Assembly: GCA_905178155.1 (NCBI GenBank)
Contig: CAJINV010000004.1
Location: 2,502,228 to 2,566,227 of the forward strand
DNA from: Amoebophrya sp. A120
Lineage: Eukaryota > Protista > Dinoflagellata
DNA length: 64,000 nucleotides
Direction: 5' to 3'
This document shows, in pieces, positions 56,401-64,000 of this stretch. Each line of letters starts with the position of its first letter. Within the stretch, counting starts at the first letter, position 1. Both the position numbers and the translations under genes were made by a program. Below the pieces are notes generated by a model, which saw only the letters and a list, made by a program, of their open reading frames with translations, was not told the DNA's origin and searched no databases.

Positions 56401-59400
56401 CGATCAAGCTGCTTCCCATGACAAATTCTCGAAGAGCCGAGCAGGGTCCTACTCTGTTCCAAATCTGTAATGCAGGACGCGCATCAAGGCCCCCCTCTTC
56501 ACTTTTGCCAGTCTTGCGTCACAAATCCATGGAACAGCTGAGAATGTAACAGTTGAGAACGCCAACATATGTATTTCGGGTCCTGGACCAGACGGGAAGA
56601 AGAGGAAGTCGTGGTAGTGGAAGTAGATGTGATACTGGTTGTGGAGGAGTTATGTTGGTTAATATGGTTTCGATTGGCAGATGATGTGGAATTTTTATCC
56701 GGCGCGTACTGGGGATACATGTTCAAGGCCCGCGGCATCGTGGTGCTCATCTGGTCCACCTCTCCGGGTATCAAAGAAAAAAACTGCTTTACTAGTGTAG
56801 GTCCGTCTCGTGGTACAGTGACAGCATGACAAACACAATCAGATCTGTTCTGCATCTGCATGACACAGCACCAGAAAGCCTGTAATGTTGCACAGCGAGT
56901 ACACGGAAACGCGTGTGAAATAGGATTTCATGGCTGGTGGCCAACATCCATGACAATCGTAAACTGTGTTGCATGCTTTGCATTACAGATTTACACGAGC
57001 TACACACTTTTTTCTTGCACCATACCAGCATCCCCTCCTACTTCCACCAGCGCGTCCGCCACACTCTGCCAGCTGTCGTGATTCCGATCCCCCTTTTTCC
57101 CAGCAGCTGCCAAGTACGCGTGCGTCCGCTGCATTTTGTCCAAGTGATAACTCGAGATCCCGGCGATTTTCAGCTTTTTCGCGTACTCCTTCGCCTCCTT
57201 TTTCATCAGATCCGGGCCCATCGCCAGGTTTTCCGCGCCCATCCAGGACTTCCGGCTGTCAAGCTTGAATTGCTGTTCGTTCTTTTTCTTAAAAGCGTTG
57301 AACTTGCTGCTGGTGTACTGGGACACATTACCAGTTCCGCCGGAGTTCTGACTCTTTTTACTCGCCATGGTCCCCAAAAACGTGTCCATGACTGATTGCG
57401 CGTCCTTGACGCACATGTGCTGCCCCCGGTATTTTGCCCCCGGGTCCTCGATGTCGCTGCGCTTCAGCCCCCTTATGGCCTGCTCAAACGTTACAATCTC
57501 AAACGGCACAATAGAATCTGGAATTTGTATTGCATGAAGAGCATGAGGAACGCAGAGAGAGTTGAGCTTTCCGCAATACAAATTTTGCCGGATTTCATGT
57601 GGGTTTGGGACTCCGAAACGTGTCATGCGCAATCCCATGGGAGTAGGCTAGATTTCATGCAGTTCTTGCATCACAGATTTCCAGCAGACTCTATTGCAAC
57701 AGTTGAGATTGTAACGTGTGAGCGGGTCATACCCCTCTTCGCGTTGTTCTGGTTATTCGCGAGCAGCTCTTCGACGCCGTGCAAACTGAGCGGCTTTCCG
57801 TATGCACTGCAAAAGTATCGCACTCGTAGTAATTGCAGTCATGCATTACAAATTTTTTTCTGAAGCTAAATACGCATTACAAATTTTATTTCTCATGCTG
57901 AGCAAATTTGTAATGCATTTATACGAGTACTATGAACGGACAAAATGCAAAACCGGACACGAAAAAAACCAAGAATAATCGTGATCCGCACCTTTTCGGC
58001 CGTTCGCGGCCAGTGTGTGCGAAGACGAAACGACAACGCCCGGACGGCCAACAACGAGAAGAACTGGCCGCAGGGAAGGCTTGACGCGGATGCGCAGGCG
58101 ATTCTTTTGTTGGGTTGTTGTTCGCGATCAGCCCTCTCTTCGGCCCAACACCAATACCCGAAACGAAGGCGCAAAGTCTTCACGCGAGACAGGCAACAAC
58201 CCCCGCCTGCGAGCTCTACCACCCCGCCCACCGAGCGGACTTCGCCGAGGCTTGTGGCCTGAAGTTGGGCCACAAGGAGTCACGCACAGGGGGCAACGGG
58301 ATACTAGAAAGAGCCTAGGCTTAGGCCTTCCGCCAACTTTATTTGAAGCGGGCCCTCCCATGCAAAGCGCTGGGATTGGGAGGCGGGGCGGACAGGGAGA
58401 GGCGGGGCTGTGGCCTCTGGTCTTGCATGGGCCCAGCCGCCGCTCGGCCCCTCGGAAAAATTGGCTGCGGAAAAATAGCTTAAAAGCTTGCAGCGTGCTT
58501 GGGGGGCTGCTTCCGAATTTGTTCGCATTTTTGCCCGACCGAAATTCGCGGGGAAGGGTCCCTCCCTTGGCTGCCGAAGGGGGCAAAACACCCACGAAAA
58601 AACCGTCGCTGCCCCAAGGCCATAAGCTGCGAAAAACCTTCAAACGCCTACGGTTTTAGGTGATGGGCGCTGGTTTCGCCGCGTGCAAAATTGCGAGCCA
58701 ACAACAAGAAAAGCAGCCAAAACACGAAAGGTGCCGGGGCCGCGACACTTCCGCAGGCAGTCGCGACCGGGCCAAGCGCGCGGCGTTTCGCTTCGAATTT
58801 GCAAGGCGGCGCGCAAAGTCCCTACCAAGAGTCTTGGTTTTTTCCAGGTTTTTTTACCCCCTTCTGGCCAATTCTTGGCCAAAAAGCGGCTTTTTGGCCA
58901 AGAATTGGCCAGATGGGGAAAAAAACCCGCGAAAAAACCAAGATTCTTGGATCGGCCATCTTTTGCGGCCCTGAATCGGCCTCGACGCCTTGCAGGTTTT
59001 TTGCCCGGCCTTGCGCACATTCAACGCTGGATATTTGTCGTTGGGCCCCTTCGCGACCGCCCGAAGAAACATCGCGGCCCCTGGGTTTTCCGCATTTGGC
59101 CTGTTTTTTTTCTGTTGCCGATTTGCAATTTCGCACGCGGCAAAGCGCCCACCCAACATACAAAATGGCAGGTGTGGATGAAGGCTTTCCCACACCCTTC
59201 GAAACATTGGACTGGGTGCGCAGGGGAAGGCAAGATGGAGAAGGATGGCGAACATGCTGGGGACTGGAGGGCCACCTTGCTAAAGTTGGGTGGGCTGGGC
59301 ATGGGGATGGAAAATAAAGGGGGGGGGGGGAGGCGCACGCCGGGAAGCACCCAGGCCCCTTCGCCGATCCGGTTTGCGCGGCTGATCGCCCTCCCCTGCT

Positions 59401-62400
59401 GGCGCTGGGTTCGGGTTTTCCCTTTTTTTTTCATGCCGAGACCATGATAACCACCGAGCCCATATTTGGGCAACACAGAGGCGAAACCAGAAACCCGGCC
59501 TCGCCGTTGCAAGCGCAATGGCGTAACTCATTATGGGCCCCCCTCGCTAGGCGGGCTGGCAGAGCTCGCGGGCGGGATCTGCTGTCCATCCCGGTCAAAG
59601 CCCTTGCGCCTTCGCTTCGTTTGTTGAAACTCGGCCGAAGAGCAAGCGGACCGCCAGCAGCAGCCCCGAAAAGGCTCCCACCCCACATCCGCGCCAAGGC
59701 TTCGCGGCCACCAGTTCTTGGCGCTGTTGGTCGCCCAAACATGGGCACCGCGTCGCCTCACGACCCAACTCTGAACCGCCCAAAAATTGAAAATCGCAAT
59801 TGTTCTTGGTTTTTTTCGTGTCCGGTTTTGCATTTTGTCCGTTCATAACGAGTACGATAACGATACTTTTGCACAGGATATTCCGGTCCTGCCGGCGAAG
59901 TTCGGCAGCGTCTTCGCTCTGGGGTCGCCGGGGATCTGCCGGAAGAAATTGCGCACCGTCGGGGACAGGTTGCTGGTGTTGGTGTCGTTCTGGATCCGGG
60001 ACAGCAATTGGTGCTCCGCTTCGGTCGTAGAAGTTTCATCAGGATCAAGTTCCGATTTGAAGTGGTCCGTTGGAGTTGGTAAAGGGAGGGAAAGGTCTTG
60101 TGGTGCTTCTCGTGTTCGATGATCTGGTTGGTGATGAAGACCTGGCGCAGCAGCTTTAGAAGTTGTAGTGTTGTTTGGATGCTGATGATGTCCCGGCTGA
60201 TGTGGTCCATGATTCCCCCCTCCTGCAGCTGCAGTGCTCATCACGAAATTCTTGTCCGCGAAGGGGTCGGGCGGTTTCTTGTTTAGCGGATGGTTTTTCA
60301 GTTTCAGCAACCGCTGCTCCTCGTCGTAAAGGGTTTTTGACGCAGCTTCTGCTTCACCGTCATTCATTCCGTTCTCCAGCAATGCCGATGTTGCATCGCG
60401 GTAAGGGTCGTCTTTTTCAGTGTCAGCGTGATTTCTGTTCCTCCCACCGTTCTTCGGACTCCCAGCTCTATGATTTCTTGTACTCGTTGCAGCTCCACCA
60501 CGACCGCCGTTTGCACCACTGAACAACTTATTTCCACCCGTTGTGTTCATCTGTTCCCTAGCACCTCCACCGGCTCCTCCGAAGCTTGGTTTATTTCCGT
60601 TATTTCCCGCCGCGTTGTTCATCTGTGCTCTCACCATCGGCGTGTCCTTGCCCAGCGCTTCTAACAACGTCTCCGAGTGCGCGAGATTTTTCGCACTAGT
60701 CGCCCTGAGCATCTGGGTGTCCAAATCCTCCTCCATCAACGCTAGTGGGGGCGGTAGGGTCAAAAGTCGTTCTTCCTGTTCCGATTGCAGTCGCTCCTTC
60801 ATCTCGTCATGCTTTCCCTTGTCCAAAGCGACCTCTAACCCCCGGACCACAGCCGCGCGCTTCTCACTGGTCTTCAGCCAGGAGGTTTGGTTCTTGGTGT
60901 CAAGGATTGTATAATTTTGCGGGTGCACGTGATTTTGATTTGTGTTGCTGTTTCTCCAAGCAGCAGCTGCACCAGCCGTTTTCGCCATTTGTACTAGTTC
61001 CTGCTGTTGTTCTGCCTCCACCATTTCTTTCGAGATCTCCACTAGCCGCCTTCGAAACAACTGGCCAGCTTCCTCGATTTGCTCGAGAACTTGGTTCCTC
61101 CTACTTTTAGAATCCAGTACACGCTCGTGAGGCAGGACGAGGTTCATCGCATGCTTGTTCTTGTTGCGCTTCTTGTTTTCGGAAGTTGTGGATGCTGGAC
61201 TGAGACTGTCAACTTCGCTCATCGTTCTCCCGGTCGTGAGCTGCATGCTCTCTTCGTCAAAGTGCACCGCTGTGTTCCTGCCGGATTTGTTCGTCGTTGT
61301 ACCTCTGGCTTGAGAAAAATCGCTTCTAGCTGTTGTCGGGGACATGTCCACATCGTAGTTCAAGTCATTAGTGTTGTTCGTCGTGGTATTTGCATTTGAC
61401 GGCTGAATTTGTGGCAACAGTGCCGCGTTGGCCTCCTCCTTCGTCACGTGGCCACCCACAGTCGTCGTGCCCATCTTGACCCCTTTGTTCTGCGTTGTTG
61501 TTCCCTGCTTTGTAACTCCCGTGGATGATGATGAACTCGCTTTCTTCAGCAACCCACTCTTCCCGCCCCCAGCCGCCGGCGTCGCTACTGACGATCCCCC
61601 GCCGAAGTTGGATTTCGGGCTGCTGAGTGCGGAGTGGTTTTGATTCGCTCCTGCTGCTTTAGGCGTCTTCCCGCCAGGCGTTTTCTGCTGCTGTAGTTCT
61701 CCTCCTGCCAAAGCCGCCACCTCGTCTCCGCCTAAAGCCAGTGCCAAAGTGTTCTTTCGCTTTTTTCTTCGACTGCCCGGTCCTCCATTCGCGTCGAAAT
61801 TTGTGTTCATCGGATCAGATGATCCAGGTCCTCCTGCTCCGCGAAGAATATTGTTTTTCGGACTGTACCCCCCGTCCGAGCTGCAATTCGGGCTGTAATT
61901 GTTGTTGTACATCAATTCTGAGGGCACAAACCCGCAATCGCTGCTCATCATGCTTTGCAAGTGCTGCTCAAACCGCGCATCGGCCATGGACATGATGCTG
62001 TAATCGTAGTAGCTCATGCCACTCATCAACATCTCCTCCTTGTCTCGCCTCAGCGCCCGCTCCTTCGCCTTTTTTTCCCGCAATTTCCTCGCGACGGTTT
62101 CGCTCGCCAGCTGCGACTCCCGAGCGGGTAACACCCGCTTCGCCTTGCCGCGGGTGCACCAACTAATCCGGTCGTCGGACCCGAAACGTTTAGTCGCGGA
62201 TTCCTTTTGCCGGAGGAGACTCTGCAACTGCGGCTGGTTTTTCACACGGTGGTAGTGGGGGAAAAAGGACTTCGCGGTGGTACTTTGTGGTTGTAGACCA
62301 ACAGCACCGTGCTGTTCCTGTTGCTCGTCGTCAAGATGATCTACTCGTGCGGCGGAGTGTAGGTTCTGCGTCTCCTCCGATCGGTCAAAGGGGACAACGC

Positions 62401-63934
62401 GGTCCGCGTGACTGCCGTGTTTACTCGTCGTCTTGTTCTTTGAGAAGTCCGAAGGGGACTTCATCTTACAACTACCCGTGAGTGCGTTTATTTGATGCTC
62501 ATTTTCCTCCTGATCCTCTGCTCCCCCGCCTTGTTCCCCAAACCGCACCGCTTTGACCCCCGTATCTACTTCGGGATCATGACTTTTCGGTTGGTCTGTT
62601 TGTTGAGCGGAAATGTTAATGTTTCCATCTTCCGCCTCCTCCTCGTGGAGTTGCGCAAACACCAATCGCATTTCCTCTTCCTTCCTCCGCAATCTCTCTT
62701 TCTCCACTTCCGCAAACGCCACTGCGTCCGCAGACGCTAAAAGTGCTCCCTCCAGCGTCGCCGGGCCCTCGGTTAAAGACAACGCGTTCCAAATTTCCCG
62801 CTTTTGCTCCGGCTCGGGCGATCTGGGGACGCGGTAGGTTTGATAGTGTGCCTTTCCTCTTGCGTCTTCGGCTTGCTGTTCTTTCGTTCGTTCCTCGCTT
62901 TTATGTTTCGTAGTAGAGGTGGTGGATGAGGAAGCTGGAGCTGCCGAAGCGGAAGCTCCACCACCCACCGTTGTGGTACTGGAGCCTAGAACTCCTTCAG
63001 CTTTCGGCTTTTTGCCCATCTTGTTCGTGCGAAACACCTGGATTTCCGGGGTTTGGGGCTTCAACTTCTCGCGCAACCGGTCCGCGACTTGCACCCGGAT
63101 GGTCTGATCGCTGTCGTCCAGCCATTGCTGCCGCCGTAAGGCCGCGGCCTCTTTGGTCGTTATTGGCACGGTGGGTGAAGATGAGGCCGCCCCCGCGGGG
63201 GTAGTGGAGAAAGGCTTTACCTGGAGTGGTTGATGAAATATTTATACAGAGTGGGCGAATTCTTTCGTCATGTTGTTCGATCTAGTTACATTCGATCACT
63301 GTACTACATGGACGTGGGAGCAGGACCGCGACGAAATCAAAATTATGCACACAATGAGGTAAAAACACGGCACCTAGAGGTGTTTTAGGCTACCGCTCTC
63401 CTTCCTTACCTCTCTTTTCCCGCCTCCAACAGCAGCACCCCCCGCTTCCGCCTCCCGCCACATCGCTTTCGACTGCTTCGCGCACCTCGGGGACCACGCT
63501 TCGGAATCCTTATTTGCCACCACGGGTGCTTTATTCGCCGTGGTGGAAACGTGCTGGGAAACTAAATTCAGCTTGCTGGACCGCTGTGCCTGCAATCTTT
63601 CAGCCATGTTCAGGTGATCCGAGTTAGTACCCCCTGCGCGCTGCTGGACGGGGCTGTTGCTACTGGCAGGAAAAAATGATGAGTCGTTATTTCCAGAAGT
63701 AGAACCTGTCGCTCTATGCGCCACATGGTCTAGCAAGTAATAATCCGCTTGCGCCGCGCTCGGCCGAAACGCTTCCCAGAAGAAGTTTCGTTGCGGTCGT
63801 TTTTCCGGCTCGTCGACGGGGTTCCCCTCGCCCTCGGCGGACGTAGCGGATTTTTCTTCCTCCCAAATCTCTTCGTACCGCGTCGGAACTTCGGCTTCGC
63901 TGATAAAGTTTTTTGGGCAGTGCACTTCACTCAT
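44459..63934 (-). CDS. Very large leucine-rich-repeat (RNI-like) and EF-hand protein
   Basis: Long low-complexity N-terminus; LRRs (VTHIDLTDN, LKNLDLSWN, LRVLNISNT, VEVLDLSLN, LVDLNCNDNAIG); EF-hand-like loops (DRTREGSISWIEY, DRDGGGSISEKEY, NADGIGEISRDEF). About 26 element-introns plus GT-AG introns 51476-51689 and 63221-63409; start uncertain. Confidence 0.8.
44661..44815. mobile_element. Introner family B
   Basis: TSD CCCCC/CTCCC. Confidence 0.88.
44937..45171. mobile_element. Introner family E
   Basis: TSD ACCAG/AGCAT (eroded). Confidence 0.85.
45270..45505. mobile_element. Highly degenerate introner
   Basis: TATGGGAGTGGAAAATTT...AAAAATTCCCATCCCATA; TSD unrecognisable, but removing the element plus 5 nt restores frame. 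Confidence 0.6.
45791..46105. mobile_element. Introner family F (diverged)
   Basis: TSD TCTTT/CCTTT. Confidence 0.8.
46171..46326. mobile_element. Introner family B
   Basis: TSD AACGG. Confidence 0.9.
46374..46682. mobile_element. Introner family C
   Basis: TSD TCGGT. Confidence 0.9.
46970..47228. mobile_element. Introner family A
   Basis: TSD TCTCG; splits an EF-hand loop. Confidence 0.88.
48082..48346. mobile_element. Introner family A
   Basis: TSD CTGGT. Confidence 0.92.
48372..48632. mobile_element. Introner family A
   Basis: TSD TTGCC. Confidence 0.92.
48961..49222. mobile_element. Introner family A
   Basis: TSD TGTAT. Confidence 0.92.
49430..50289. mobile_element. 860-bp TTA...TAA TIR element occupying an intron position
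   Basis: Perfect TIR TTAGGGCGGAAAAATCGGCAAATACCATCA; TSD CAAGT; removal joins LGINL-SSTSGG. Confidence 0.9.
50304..50524. mobile_element. Introner family K
   Basis: TATAGAAGAAGAAAA...TTTTTTCTACTTCGATA; TSD CCCGA. Confidence 0.87.
50562..50720. mobile_element. Introner family B
   Basis: TSD TCATG. Confidence 0.9.
50796..50949. mobile_element. Introner family B
   Basis: TSD AAGCA. Confidence 0.9.
51083..51371. mobile_element. Introner family F
   Basis: TSD TGGCG/TGGTG. Confidence 0.88.
51966..52119. mobile_element. Introner family B
   Basis: TSD TGCAA. Confidence 0.9.
53589..53862. other. Intron, probably a relic introner (boundaries uncertain)
   Basis: Only TATGC...GCATA is retained; element plus 5 nt is frame-compatible; a GT donor (GAG|GTATGC) is also present. 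Confidence 0.45.
54485..54639. mobile_element. Introner family B
   Basis: TSD GACAG/GACAA; joins HLYLS-GLKQI. Confidence 0.9.
54873..55023. mobile_element. Introner family B
   Basis: TSD ACGGA. Confidence 0.88.
55139..55400. mobile_element. Introner family A
   Basis: TSD ACACA; inverted near-copy of 48372-48632. Confidence 0.92.
55486..55764. mobile_element. Introner family F
   Basis: TSD CGAGC. Confidence 0.9.
55815..55975. mobile_element. Introner family B
   Basis: TSD GCCGC/GCCGT. Confidence 0.88.
56326..56569. mobile_element. Introner family E
   Basis: TSD TGTAT. Confidence 0.87.
56769..57024. mobile_element. Introner family K (diverged)
   Basis: TSD CCGGG/CCAGC; joins GDAG-EVDQM. 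Confidence 0.75.
57474..57731. mobile_element. Introner family H
   Basis: TSD CCCCT; inverted homologue of 29966-30217. Confidence 0.9.
57801..59880. mobile_element. Family B introner hosting a 1.9-kb foldback element
   Basis: B TIRs; TSD TTCCG. Confidence 0.9.
57931..59847. mobile_element. Non-autonomous foldback DNA transposon with 8-bp TSD
   Basis: 45-bp perfect TIR TATGAACGGACAAAATGCAAAACCGGACACG...; arms alignable for ~300 bp; central palindrome at ~58825-58950; TSD ACGAGTAC. Confidence 0.9.
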
Positions 63935-64000
63935 TGAAATGCACAATTTCCGTAACGACAAGCTCACTGTCCTGATATACAAAATGCCATCGAAGTTGTA

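Noticed and set aside
37-57930. GCATG within the octamer as an RBFOX (UGCAUG) splicing enhancer
   Set aside because: The variable position allows GCATC and GCATT, the motif occurs on both strands, and its spacing follows DNA helical pitch; not excluded but unsupported.
57945-59848. Transposase ORF in the large nested elements (also 36927-38409 and 49430-50289)
   Set aside because: The ORFs are GC-rich, overlap on both strands and show no recognisable DDE, zinc-finger or HTH motif.
37-59880. Tc1/mariner interpretation with a TA target duplication
   Set aside because: A variable 5-bp duplication lies outside the TA in most copies, so TA belongs to the TIR.

Overview
Eukaryotic genomic DNA with seven protein-coding genes, all on the minus strand. 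The architecture strongly suggests the parasitic dinoflagellate Amoebophrya (Syndiniales); this is inferred from the intron type, not from a marker gene. The supplied ORF track is mostly misleading because the real genes are cut by about 76 short MITE-like elements ('introners', mostly 130-430 bp, at least 12 TIR families, named A-L here). Nearly all start TAT, end ATA and sit between 5-bp direct repeats. At the junctions I translated by hand, removing the element plus one repeat copy restores the reading frame, although most boundaries are not GT-AG. Rebuilt genes: two secreted Cys-rich proteins, an amastin/claudin-like 4-TM protein, a 25-kb full-size ABCA transporter (32 element-introns), two small genes with only canonical introns, and a 19.5-kb LRR + EF-hand protein. 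The most striking unexplained signal is an internal octamer, TGT(C/G/A)ATGC, shared by families with unrelated TIRs. It first appears 32-33, 40-43 or 53-54 bp from the element end (about 3, 4 or 5 DNA helical turns) and recurs at 31-32 and 39-40 bp spacings. Several introners carry nested cargo: another introner, foldback transposons, satellites and a poly(A)-tailed insert. Coordinates were counted by hand and may be off by a base or two. Splicing is inferred from frame restoration; no RNA evidence is available here.
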